A program made the position numbers and the translations under genes. From an uncultured Candidatus Binatia bacterium (GTDB lineage: Bacteria; Desulfobacterota; Binatia; Bin18), in the NCBI GenBank assembly GCA_965200965.1, contig OZ241744.1, positions 1,216,001 to 1,280,000 on the forward strand: a stretch of 64,000 nt of DNA. Reading direction: 5' to 3'. Below, piece after piece: positions 55,152 to 64,000 of the stretch; position 1 is the first letter of the stretch, and each line of letters begins with the position of its first letter. The notes under the pieces were generated by a model. That model made no database searches. It was not told where the DNA came from and was given only the letters and a program-made list of their open reading frames with translations.

Positions 55152-55566
55152 CGCCCGCTTCCTCAATGGCCGCGGCCAGTGCTCTGGCGTCCGTGATGAA
55201 GGTCGGCAGAAGCCGCAGGGTGGTTTCTGCAAAATCCTCGCCGTAGTCGTGCGCGGTGTCGTTGCGGTTGTCGCGGTACTGGAGCCAGCGTTCGGCGGCG
55301 TCGGCGGGGATCAGGCCGTGTTTGGCGGCATGACGGAAGATGTCCTTGAAGATCAGGCGGTCGGCCTGCTGGTTGCTGGCGAACCAGGGGCGCAGGCGCT
55401 TCTTGAGCAGCTTGCCGCTCTGTTCCAGCACCAGTTCAAACTCTTTGACACAGGCGGCACGGTAGATGTCGTAGGCGAACCCCTCCGAATCAGCGCTTTT
55501 GAGCGTGTTGAAGGCGACATCCAGCGTATCAATACAACGCCTCAGATGATCGGTGTTGATGGGCAT
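55144..55566 (-). CDS. HEPN domain protein (HI0074-like), putative RNase toxin
   Basis: ACVKEFELVLE, FKDIFR, RNDTAHDY (RX4HXY); overlaps the MNT-hsdS start. Confidence 0.9.
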
Positions 55567-55645
55567 GGCCGGCCGTGATCCCTGTGCTCTCGTACATTTG
55601 TGTGATGATTGCGTAGAATCGGCAGAGTTCAGGCGTTTTGCGCCA

Positions 55646-55694
55646 AGGACCCATCGTGTCGCCTTCCGGTCAATATGATGACACGATGGGTCCT
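55646..55694 (+). repeat. Palindromic hairpin element, copy 1
   Basis: AGGACCCATCGTGTC-GCCTTCCGGTCAATATGAT-GACACGATGGGTCCT, perfect 15-bp arms. Confidence 0.85.
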
Positions 55695-55711
55695 CACTCC
55701 CCTTGGTTGCT

Positions 55712-57352
55712 TTAATCTCCTCTGAGTGGAAACCCCAGGGCTTGCAGGTTGGCGGCGATGGCGTCGTCAAGCTTTGTCGCTTCGGCCTGCTGCTGGCGGA
55801 GCTGGGCGACGAGGCGCTGCATCTTGGCTTCAAACGGTTCGCCGTCCCTGGCCGGCGGCTCCGCCCCAACGTAGCGGCCGGGGGTGAGGACGTGGCCCTG
55901 TTTACGGATGGCCTCCAGGGAGACGCTTTTGCAGAAGCCGGGCGTGTCGGCGTAGGCGGAGACACCCTCACCCCTGCCCTCTCCTTTCTGAGACCGGGTG
56001 CGCCAAGCGTGGTAGGTGGCGGCGAGGCGGGCGATGTCTTGGTCGCTCAGCTCGCGGTGGGTGCGGTCAACCATGCGGCCCAGCTTGCGGGCGTCAATGA
56101 ACAAGATGTGGCCGCGGCGGTCGCGGAACCGGCCGTTTTTGCGGTCGCGGGCCAGAAACCACAGACAGGCCGGAATCTGGGTCGAATAGAAGAGCTGGCC
56201 CGGCAGGGCGATCATGCAGTCCACGAGGTCGGCCTCAACCAGGCTTTGGCGGATGGTACCCTCGTTCGACTGGTTGGACGACATGGAGCCGTTGGCCAGC
56301 ACAAAGCCGGCAACGCCGGCCGGGGCCAGATGGTGGACGATGTGCTGCACCCAGGCGAAGTTGGCGTTGCCCTTGGGCGGCAGGCCGTACTGCCAGCGCT
56401 TGTCCTCGGTCAGCCGCTCGCCGCCCCAGTCGGAGACGTTGAACGGCGGGTTGGCCAGGATGAAGTCGGCCTTGAGGTCGGGGTGGCGGTCGTTGTGGAA
56501 GCTGTCGCCGTGGGCGATCTGGCCCTCAATGCCGCGGATGGCGAGGTTCATCTTGGCCAGACGCCAAGTCGTATAGTTCCATTCCTGGCCGTAGATCGAG
56601 ATATCGGCCCGCGCGCCTGGGGGCAATTTGCCGGAAGGCGACACGTTCACTCCTCTGCTGCCGCTGGCGTGGGCGCGGATGAACTCTACCGACTGCACGA
56701 ACATGCCCGACGATCCGCAGCACGGGTCATAGACCCGGCCCTGGTAGGGCTCCAGCATTTCGACCAGCAGCGTGACCACGCAGCGCGGGGTGTAGAACTC
56801 GCCGTCCTTCTTGCCCTCGGCGCTGGCGAACTGTGACAGGAAATACTCGTAGACCCGGCCGAGCACATCCTTGGACCGGGCGTCCTCATCTCCCACCTTG
56901 ATGTTGCTGATGAGGTCAATGAGCTGGCCGAGCCGCTGCTTGTCGAGCGCCGGGCGGGCGTAGTCCTTGGGCAGCACCTCCTTGAGTGCCAGGTTGTCAC
57001 GCTCAATACCGGTCATGGCCTTGTCAACGAGTTGGCCGATACTCGCTTGCCGCGCCTGGGCCTTGAGCTGCGCCCAGCGCGCCTCGGGCGGCACCCAGAA
57101 AATGTTCTCGGCCCGGTACTCATCCGGGTCTTCGGGGTCAGCGCCCTGCGTTTGTTCGCCAAGAAGGCGGGTGTGTCTCTCCTCAAAGGCATCGGAGATG
57201 TATTTGAGGAAAATCAGGCCAAGGACGACGTGCTTGTATTCGGCGGCGTCCATGTTGCCGCGCAGGGTGTCGGCCATGCGCCACAGCTCGGCCTCATAGC
57301 CGGTCGTGGCGGCTTGGGCCGTATCGAGGTCGGATTGTCGGCTCTCGCTCAT
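55712..57352 (-). CDS. hsdM: Type I methyltransferase M subunit (m6A)
   Basis: [38 protein letters not shown]. Confidence 0.96.
   Translation of the reverse strand: MSESRQSDLDTAQAATTGYEAELWRMADTLRGNMDAAEYKHVVLGLIFLKYISDAFEERHTRLLGEQTQGADPEDPDEYRAENIFWVPPEARWAQLKAQARQASIGQLVDKAMTGIERDNLALKEVLPKDYARPALDKQRLGQLIDLISNIKVGDEDARSKDVLGRVYEYFLSQFASAEGKKDGEFYTPRCVVTLLVEMLEPYQGRVYDPCCGSSGMFVQSVEFIRAHASGSRGVNVSPSGKLPPGARADISIYGQEWNYTTWRLAKMNLAIRGIEGQIAHGDSFHNDRHPDLKADFILANPPFNVSDWGGERLTEDKRWQYGLPPKGNANFAWVQHIVHHLAPAGVAGFVLANGSMSSNQSNEGTIRQSLVEADLVDCMIALPGQLFYSTQIPACLWFLARDRKNGRFRDRRGHILFIDARKLGRMVDRTHRELSDQDIARLAATYHAWRTRSQKGEGRGEGVSAYADTPGFCKSVSLEAIRKQGHVLTPGRYVGAEPPARDGEPFEAKMQRLVAQLRQQQAEATKLDDAIAANLQALGFPLRGD
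56631..56653 (-). repeat. Palindromic element, copy 2 (half copy inside hsdM)
   Basis: GGAGTGAACGTGTCGCCTTCCGG, encoding GVNVSPSG. Confidence 0.7.
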
Positions 57353-57368
57353 ACGGCAGCCTCACTGC

Positions 57369-57851
57369 TCAGCATGGCGTGAACGTGTCGCCTTCCGGGC
57401 GATCTGATGACACGTTCATTCCTCCATCCACTACCGTCCAGGTGCTCGTCACTACCCCGACCAGATCGTCTTTGGCGTTGGTGATGCGGGCTTCCACAAA
57501 GGCCACGCGCCGGCCCTTGCGCAGCACCTTGCCCTGGCCGCGCAGCAGCCCCTTGGCCACCGGCTTGAAGAAACTGATCTTGAGTTCGGCGGTGGTGGCC
57601 AGCTCGCCGGTGTCCAGCACCGAGCCGATTGCACTGGCCATGAGTTCGTCGGCAAACACGGCCAGATAGCCGCCCGAGACATAGCCAAACGGGTTGAGCA
57701 CCCGCTCTTGGCTGGCCTCCCACTCCCAGACCGATTCGCCGGGACGAAAGGCTACAGCCCGCAGGCCGAGTTCCCTGTGCAAGCGCGAGAGATATGCGTC
57801 AGGCCGATTTTCACGCAGCGCTTGGTTGAGTTTTTCAACAGGAGACAGCAT
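57369..57851 (-). CDS. PaaI-like hotdog thioesterase
   Basis: NPFGYVSGG..FADE, TAELKISFFKPV, GRRVAFVEA. Confidence 0.87.
   Translation of the reverse strand: MLSPVEKLNQALRENRPDAYLSRLHRELGLRAVAFRPGESVWEWEASQERVLNPFGYVSGGYLAVFADELMASAIGSVLDTGELATTAELKISFFKPVAKGLLRGQGKVLRKGRRVAFVEARITNAKDDLVGVVTSTWTVVDGGMNVSSDRPEGDTFTPC
57376..57422 (+). repeat. Palindromic element, copy 3 (forms the thioesterase 3' end)
   Basis: GTGAACGTGTC-GCCTTCCGGGCGATCTGAT-GACACGTTCAT. Confidence 0.85.
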
Positions 57852-58010
57852 AGTAAGCCCTCATGTTGTGGGTTGACCGGAGGATGGCATGGCTAGGGCG
57901 TTGGATGGCATCCAGATTCTTGATCCGTATACCGGGATGGTGCTCGCCAAGCAAGGCCGGGGTAGACAACCGGCTGGGCCGAGAACCGACGGAACGCTGG
58001 AGAAGCGCTG

Positions 58011-59186
58011 ATGCTCAAAGACGTTCTGGCAGACCGTTTGGCCGAGCTTGAACAGCGTGGACTGTACCGTCGGCTGCGCTTGGTTGAGGGTGCCCAGGCC
58101 GGTCGAGTCAGCCTGGGCGGGCGTGAGGTCCTGATGCTGTCGTCCAACAATTATCTGGGTCTGGCCAACCATCCGGCTCTCACCCGGGCGGCCCAAGACG
58201 CCCTCGAACGCTTTGGCTGCGGAGCCGGCGCGTCTCGGCTGATCTCGGGCAGCATGGAACTCCACCACGAGCTGGAAGACCGCCTGGCGCGGCTCAAACA
58301 CACCGAAGCGGCGCTGGCCTTTCCGACCGGCTATCAGGCCAATGTCGGCACCCTGTCGGCCCTGATGGAGCCCGGTGATACGATTCTGAGCGATGCCCTG
58401 AACCACGCCAGCATTATTGACGGCTGTCGGCTGTCGCGCGCCACAACGCTGGTCTTTCGTCACAACGATATGGACCATCTGGCCGAGCTGCTGGCCTCGT
58501 GCTCAGCCGCGGGCCGGCGGCTGATTGTCACCGATTCGCTGTTCAGTATGGACGGCGATATCGCCCCCTTGGCCGAGATGAGCCGGCTGGCCCGCGACTA
58601 TGACGCCTGGCTGATGGTTGATGAGGCCCACGCCACTGGTGTCTTTGGGCCGCATGGGGCCGGCGTAGTTGAGGAGCTGGGCCTCAGCTCGACAGTCGAG
58701 ATCCAGATGGGCACGCTGGGCAAGGCGCTGGGCGGCTTTGGGGCTTATGTGGCGGGCAGCCGTCACCTGATTGACTGGCTGGTGAACCGGGCCCGGAGTT
58801 TTGTGTACACCACCGCGCTTCCGCCGTCGGTGGCGGCCACGGCCATTGCCGCCCTGGACATTGTTGCTCAGGAACCGGAGCGGCGGCACCGGCTGTGGAA
58901 CACCACCGCCTTTCTAGCCGACCAACTCAGCAAGTTGGGCTATAAGCTGGGCAACAGCCGATCGCAGATCCTGCCGCTGATTATCGGGGACGCCGGCCAG
59001 ACCATGACCCTGGCCGCAGCTCTGCTGGAGCGCGGGATTTTTGCCCAGGGCATCCGCCCCCCAACCGTGCCGGCCGGGACCTCGCGGATTCGGGTTACCC
59101 CGATGGCGACCCATACCACACAGGATATGCAGCAGGCCGTCCGGGTCTTTGCCGCAGCCGGAAAGGAAGTGGGGGTGCTGCCATGA
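58011..59186 (+). CDS. bioF: 8-amino-7-oxononanoate synthase
   Basis: SNNYLGL, NHASIIDG, FSMDGD, DEAH, GTLGKA, IRPPTVP. Confidence 0.95.
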   Translation: MLKDVLADRLAELEQRGLYRRLRLVEGAQAGRVSLGGREVLMLSSNNYLGLANHPALTRAAQDALERFGCGAGASRLISGSMELHHELEDRLARLKHTEAALAFPTGYQANVGTLSALMEPGDTILSDALNHASIIDGCRLSRATTLVFRHNDMDHLAELLASCSAAGRRLIVTDSLFSMDGDIAPLAEMSRLARDYDAWLMVDEAHATGVFGPHGAGVVEELGLSSTVEIQMGTLGKALGGFGAYVAGSRHLIDWLVNRARSFVYTTALPPSVAATAIAALDIVAQEPERRHRLWNTTAFLADQLSKLGYKLGNSRSQILPLIIGDAGQTMTLAAALLERGIFAQGIRPPTVPAGTSRIRVTPMATHTTQDMQQAVRVFAAAGKEVGVLP

Positions 59187-60550
59187 AGACGCCGAGTTAC
59201 GCCGACCTGAAAGCCTGGGATCACGCCTGTGTGTGGCACCCGTTTACCCAGATGCAGGACTGGCTGGACGAGGACCCGCTTGTCATCGCGCGGGGCGAGG
59301 GCAACTATCTGATCGATGTCCAGGGCAGACGGTATTTGGACGGCGTGTCCTCGCTGTGGTGCAATACGCACGGCCACACCCGGCCTGAGCTGAAGGCCGC
59401 GATTGCCGAACAGCTCGATCAGATCGCCCACTCAACCATGCTCGGCCTGTCAAATGTTCCGGCGACCGTGTTGGCCAAAAGGCTGGTTGAGATCACGCCG
59501 GACAGCCTGAGCCGGGTGTTTTATTCGGATGCTGGGGCCACCGCGGTAGAGATTGCCCTCAAGCTCGCCTTCCAGTACTGGCAGTTGAAACGCCAAGCGC
59601 AAAAAACGAAGTTTGCCTCGCTCGCTGAGGCATATCACGGCGATACGCTCGGCGCGATCGGGGTTGGCTACTCAGAGCTGTTTCACCACTACTACCGCCC
59701 GCTGCTGCCCGACACCGTGCGCCTCTCGCCACCCCATGTGTTCCGTTTTTATCGCGGTCTGTCCGAAGCCGCGGCCCTGGCCGCAGCCCAGGACGAGGCC
59801 GAGCGGGTGCTGACCGCCCATCATCCCGAACTCGCCGCCCTGATCGTTGAGCCGCTGATGCAGGGCGCGGCCGGCATGTGGGCCCACCCGGTCGCCTATC
59901 TCCAAACCCTGCGCGAGCTGGCTACCCGCTACGAGGTGCTGTTTATCTGCGACGAGGTGGCGACCGGCTTTGGCCGCACTGGCAGGATGTTCGCCTGTGA
60001 GCACGCCGATATTCAGCCCGACCTGATGTGCGTGGCCAAGGGCATCAGCGGCGGCTATTTGCCCCTAGCTGCAACGCTCAGCTCAGAGGAAATTTTTTCG
60101 GCCTTTCTCGCTCCCTACCACGAGTTCAAGACCTTTTTTCACGGCCATACCTATACCGGCAATCCGCTCGCCTGTGCGGCCGGCTTGGCCAACCTGGACA
60201 TCTTTGAGCGCGACCGGGTGTTAGACACCCTCACCCCGCGCATCGCCCAACTCAGCCAGCGCCTCCAGACCGAGTTTGCCGGCCTGGAGCATGTGGCCGA
60301 TATCCGCCAGTGGGGCACGATGGTCGGGGTCGAGCTGATGCGCGACCCGCAGCAACGCATCGCCTACGAGCCACACGAAAAAATCGGAACCAGGATCATG
60401 AGCGAAGCCCGCAGACACGGGGTGATTATCCGCCCGCTGGGCGGGGTGATTATCCTCATGCCGCCGCTGAGCATCACGGAGGACGAGCTTACCCGGCTGT
60501 TGGGCGTGACCGCTGAGGCCATACGGACGGTGACAGACCGGACGGTCTGA
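59183..60550 (+). CDS. bioA: DAPA aminotransferase
   Basis: WHPFTQM, SSLWCN, YHGDT, DEVATGFGRTG, AKGISGGYLP, HGHTYTGN. Confidence 0.95.
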   Translation: MKTPSYADLKAWDHACVWHPFTQMQDWLDEDPLVIARGEGNYLIDVQGRRYLDGVSSLWCNTHGHTRPELKAAIAEQLDQIAHSTMLGLSNVPATVLAKRLVEITPDSLSRVFYSDAGATAVEIALKLAFQYWQLKRQAQKTKFASLAEAYHGDTLGAIGVGYSELFHHYYRPLLPDTVRLSPPHVFRFYRGLSEAAALAAAQDEAERVLTAHHPELAALIVEPLMQGAAGMWAHPVAYLQTLRELATRYEVLFICDEVATGFGRTGRMFACEHADIQPDLMCVAKGISGGYLPLAATLSSEEIFSAFLAPYHEFKTFFHGHTYTGNPLACAAGLANLDIFERDRVLDTLTPRIAQLSQRLQTEFAGLEHVADIRQWGTMVGVELMRDPQQRIAYEPHEKIGTRIMSEARRHGVIIRPLGGVIILMPPLSITEDELTRLLGVTAEAIRTVTDRTV

Positions 60551-60553
60551 GTC

Positions 60554-60604
60554 AAGGCGTGAATGTGTCATCAGATCGAGAGGAAGGCGACACGTTTACG
60601 CCTT
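60554..60604 (-). repeat. Palindromic element, copy 4 (bioA-bioD spacer)
   Basis: AAGGCGTAAACGTGTC-GCCTTCCTCTCGATCTGAT-GACACATTCACGCCTT. Confidence 0.85.
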
Positions 60605-61327
60605 ATGGACAGACAAGACATAGCAGGCGTGTTGATTACCGGCACCGATACGGGGATCGGCAAGACCGTGGTCGGCTGTGGCTTGGCCGCGGTCTTGACC
60701 GCCCGGGGCAAACGGGTTGGCGTGCTGAAGCCGGCCGAGACCGGCTGTCCCCAGCACCAGGGCAGGCTCTACCCCCAGGACGCCGCCCGGCTGGCCGCCT
60801 TTGCCCGCTCCTCGCTGCCGCTTGAGGACATCTGCCCCTACCGTTTTGCGCCACCGCTGGCACCGAGTGTAGCCGCCGCAATGGCCGGCCGGCTGATTGA
60901 CAGCGGCCGTATTGCCGAACATTTTCACCGCCAGGCGGCCAGCCATGATGTGGTGATTGTTGAAGGCGCGGGCGGCCTGCTGGTGCCCCTGAACGGCCGC
61001 TATTCGTTTGCCGACCTGGCGGTCGAACTGCGGCTTCCGGTCCTGGTTGTGATCGGCTCAAAACTGGGTGCCCTGAACCACGCCCTGCTGACCTTTGAGT
61101 GCGCCCAGGCACGCTCGCTGCCCCTGCTGGGCTATATCCTCAACCATCCCAGCCCTGACACAGACCTGGCCGTTCAGACCAACGCCCAGACCCTGGCCGG
61201 GCTGACCGATGTACCGTGTCTGGGCCGGCTGCCGTTTGTGTCGCTGAGCGGCGATGTGGTGGCGGACAGCGCGGTGCTCGGCCGTCAGTTCAACACCGCG
61301 ATTGATGTGCGGCGGCTGGTAGGATAG
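60605..61327 (+). CDS. bioD: Dethiobiotin synthetase
   Basis: TGTDTGIGKT, KPAETG, VEGAGGLLVP, LGALNH. Confidence 0.95.
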   Translation: MDRQDIAGVLITGTDTGIGKTVVGCGLAAVLTARGKRVGVLKPAETGCPQHQGRLYPQDAARLAAFARSSLPLEDICPYRFAPPLAPSVAAAMAGRLIDSGRIAEHFHRQAASHDVVIVEGAGGLLVPLNGRYSFADLAVELRLPVLVVIGSKLGALNHALLTFECAQARSLPLLGYILNHPSPDTDLAVQTNAQTLAGLTDVPCLGRLPFVSLSGDVVADSAVLGRQFNTAIDVRRLVG

Positions 61328-61348
61328 AGCAATACCGGTGGAAGGAGT

Positions 61349-62362
61349 ATGCCGATGACCGATTTTTCCGCCTTGGCCCGTACCTCGCTGGGGGGTGAAG
61401 CGCTGTCCCGCGCCGACGCCTTTGGCGTACTTCAGACCGCTGACGCCAGCCTGCGGCCACTGCTCAACGCGGCTTTCAGCGTCCGCCAGCGAACGTTTGG
61501 GCGTAAGGTCAAAGTGTGTGTCTTGCAAAATGCCCAGAGCGGCCTGTGCCCGGAAGACTGCCACTACTGTTCCCAGTCAAAAATTTCGACCGCGGCTATT
61601 CAAAAATACCGCCTGCTGCCCCACGACCGGCTGTTGGCCGGGGCGCGCAAAGCGGTCGCTGCCGGTGCCCGACGCTATTGCATGGTGGCCAGCGGACGCG
61701 GACCCCAGGTACGCGAAATCGCGCATATGAGCCGGGCCGCGCGCGCGATTAAAGCCGAGTTTCCCCAGCTCGAGATCTGCGTCTCGCTGGGCCTGATGGA
61801 CCGCGCTCAGGCTGCCGAACTGAAAGAGGCGGGGGTCGGCTGGGTGAACCATAACCTGAATACCAGCCGGCGCTTTTATCCCCATATCTGCACCACCCAC
61901 ACCTACGACGACCGGGTCGAGACGGTCAAAAACGTCAAGCGGGCCGGCCTGTCGAGTTGCTCTGGGGGTATTATCGGCATGGGCGAGAGCGATGAGGACA
62001 TTGTTGACTTGGCGTATGCCACCCGCGAGCTGGGCATTGACTCAATTCCAGTCAATTTCCTGTATCCGATTGCCGGCACGCCACTCGGTGAAGAGCACGC
62101 TGTCGAGCCGATCAAGGGCCTGAAAACCCTGTGTCTGATGCGCTTTCTGAACCCCCACAGCGAGATTCGGATGGCCGCCGGCCGCGAGCTGTATCTGGGC
62201 AATTGGGCCGGGCTGGCGCTGTATCCGGCCAACTCGCTCTTTGTTGAGGGCTATTTGACCACACCGGGCCAGCAGGCCGAGGCGGCCCGCAGTCTTATTG
62301 AACGGGCCGGCTTTGAGGTGGAAGAACTGGGCAAGCCGGCGCAGGCCGCGGCTGAGGGGTAA
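61349..62362 (+). CDS. bioB: Biotin synthase
   Basis: CPEDCHYC radical SAM motif, NHNLNTS, CSGGIIGMGE, SIPVN. Confidence 0.96.
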   Translation: MPMTDFSALARTSLGGEALSRADAFGVLQTADASLRPLLNAAFSVRQRTFGRKVKVCVLQNAQSGLCPEDCHYCSQSKISTAAIQKYRLLPHDRLLAGARKAVAAGARRYCMVASGRGPQVREIAHMSRAARAIKAEFPQLEICVSLGLMDRAQAAELKEAGVGWVNHNLNTSRRFYPHICTTHTYDDRVETVKNVKRAGLSSCSGGIIGMGESDEDIVDLAYATRELGIDSIPVNFLYPIAGTPLGEEHAVEPIKGLKTLCLMRFLNPHSEIRMAAGRELYLGNWAGLALYPANSLFVEGYLTTPGQQAEAARSLIERAGFEVEELGKPAQAAAEG

Positions 62363-62364
62363 CA

Positions 62365-63381
62365 ATGAAGCACTTCCTCTCAGCCGTGCCGCTCTTTCTC
62401 CTGTGTGTGTCGGTCTGCGTTGCCGCCCAGTCCACCACCAAGCCGATTCGATTTGGCCTCCAGGTTGCCCAACAACAGACCACTGTCGCAGAACTCAAAC
62501 AGGTCTGGCAGGAGGCCGAGGCGCTCGGCTTTGATAGCCTGTGGACCAACGACCACCTGCTGCCCAGTGTAGGCCCCTCGGACAAGGTCAACCTCGAGGC
62601 CTGGACCCTGCTGGCGGCAATGGCAAGCGTCACCTCCCGGGTCCAGCTCGGCACCCTGGTATCGAGCAATACCTTTCGGCATCCCTCGGTCTTGGCCAAG
62701 ATGGCGACCACGGTCGATCATCTGAGCAACGGGCGGCTCATTCTGGGGCTGGGCTTTGGCTGGTTTGAGCGGGAGCACCGGGTTTTTGGCGTGCCCTTCC
62801 CCAAAATGAAAGAACGCAGCGAGCGGCTGGCCGAAGCCCTGCAACTCATCACCGCGCTGTGGGGGGCCAATCCGACCGCGTCTTTCAGCGGCACCTATTA
62901 CCGCCTGCGTGATGCCCCGTTCGAGCCCAAGCCTGTCCAGCAGCCCCACCCCCCGATTTTGATCGGCGGCATTGGCGAAACACGCACCCTGCCGCTGGTG
63001 GCCAAATACGCCAGCATGTGGAACATTCCAATGCTGACCCCCGACCAGATCAGGATAAAAAATCAGGTCTTAGAACGGCTGTGCCAGGACATCCAGCGGG
63101 ATTGCGACGAGATTGAGCGCTCCATCCTCACCCCGGTCTATATCCAAACCGACCCGGCTGAGGTCCAAAGCCTGCTTGAACGTATTGCCGGGCTGAGAAA
63201 CGTTTCCGTTGAACAGGCCCGCAAGATGATACTGGCCGGCACGCCAGAGGAAATCCGCCGGCAGATCAAGGCGTATATTGAGGTGGGCGTCACCCATTTT
63301 ATCATCAATCTGCGTCGTCCGGGTCTGTACGACAGGGATGGGGTGCGGACGTTTGCCACCGAAGTCATGCCTCACCTGTAA
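62365..63381 (+). CDS. LLM oxidoreductase (F420-dependent type) with apparent signal peptide
   Basis: GFDSLWTNDH, FRHPSVLAKMATTVD, PKPVQQPHPPILIGG; hydrophobic N-terminus. Confidence 0.87.
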   Translation: MKHFLSAVPLFLLCVSVCVAAQSTTKPIRFGLQVAQQQTTVAELKQVWQEAEALGFDSLWTNDHLLPSVGPSDKVNLEAWTLLAAMASVTSRVQLGTLVSSNTFRHPSVLAKMATTVDHLSNGRLILGLGFGWFEREHRVFGVPFPKMKERSERLAEALQLITALWGANPTASFSGTYYRLRDAPFEPKPVQQPHPPILIGGIGETRTLPLVAKYASMWNIPMLTPDQIRIKNQVLERLCQDIQRDCDEIERSILTPVYIQTDPAEVQSLLERIAGLRNVSVEQARKMILAGTPEEIRRQIKAYIEVGVTHFIINLRRPGLYDRDGVRTFATEVMPHL

Positions 63382-63475
63382 ACGGCTGGAATCAGCGCGG
63401 CTCTTCTCTGAGAGAGCGGGAGTGTGCTATGATCTCAAGACAGTCCGCACCGCACGCAGATGAGGAGGATAGACC

Positions 63476-63925
63476 ATGTCGATCAAGGTTGTTGAACTCC
63501 ACCACCACGGGATTCGGATTGGCACCGAACCGGAGGAAGTTGAACAGGCGCGTCGCTTCTACTCCGATGTGCTCGGTCTCAATACCGACCCCGCCCGGCC
63601 CAATATCCCCACCATCCCCGGTTTCTGGATGTATGTGGGCGAGGGGGAACGGACAACCCAGATTCACCTGATGGGGGCCAGGGGCAAATCGCCGATGGCC
63701 AAAAGCGAAAAAGAAGACCCGACCCTGCCGCATGTCGCCCTGGCCGTTGAAAACATTCAAGCGGCCCGCCAGGAACTGGACGAACGCGGTGTCTGGTACT
63801 GGAGCATCCAGGGTCTGGTCGGCCAGAACTCCGATCAGGTGTTTGTCCACGACCCGTGTGGCAATGTGATTGAGTTGCACCAGATCGGTACCTGTACATG
63901 TAATAAGCTCGCGCTCAGTCAGTAA
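63476..63925 (+). CDS. VOC family protein
   Basis: LHHHGI, FYSDVLGL, HVALAV, DPCGNVIEL. Confidence 0.87.
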   Translation: MSIKVVELHHHGIRIGTEPEEVEQARRFYSDVLGLNTDPARPNIPTIPGFWMYVGEGERTTQIHLMGARGKSPMAKSEKEDPTLPHVALAVENIQAARQELDERGVWYWSIQGLVGQNSDQVFVHDPCGNVIELHQIGTCTCNKLALSQ

Positions 63926-63963
63926 CACAACGACCGCGTGTCCCTATTTTGCCAGGAGGCCCA

Positions 63964-64000
63964 ATGACCGCAGAATACACCCAACGCTTATTGTCTTCCG
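63964..64000 (+). CDS. Start of a gene cut off by the window edge
   Basis: AGGAGG followed by ATG, open to the end of the window (MTAEYTQRLLSS). Confidence 0.45.
   Translation, partial: MTAEYTQRLLSS

Noticed and set aside
57852-58010. BirA operator upstream of bioF
   Set aside because: No convincing TGTAAAC-N-GTTTACA palindrome found.
55646-60604. Hairpin elements as integron attC sites or intrinsic terminators
   Set aside because: No RYYYAAC/GTTRRRY ends, no integrase and no U-tract; some copies lie inside coding sequence.

Overview
GC-rich bacterial chromosome segment, densely coding and mostly housekeeping. It carries hemE-hemH-hemY, a topoisomerase IV-like A-then-B pair, VOC/glyoxalase genes, nadA-nrtR with an NrtR box, mutS-mutL-dusB, a stand-alone EF-G, tRNA-Leu(UAA), c-type cytochromes, pgm, dapL, an OprC-like TonB receptor, hisF, moaC and bioFADB. 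TonB, MlaD and lipoprotein genes indicate a diderm. The many LLM and VOC genes would fit Ca. Binatia or a similar lineage, but that is inference only. The main accessory element is a type I restriction-modification locus (48.4-57.4 kb): hsdM, a HEPN toxin, an MNT antitoxin fused to HsdS, a membrane-anchored protein, a near-perfect TPR array that varies at ligand-binding positions, then hsdR. Also found by reading the sequence: a probable selenoprotein missed by the ORF track (in-frame TGA, UxxC, SECIS-like hairpin), a four-copy hairpin element with covarying stems that enters coding sequences, a 30-bp repeat pair with CRISPR-like spacing, and a rod-like 5' leader structure. All calls rest on motif recognition; no searches were run.
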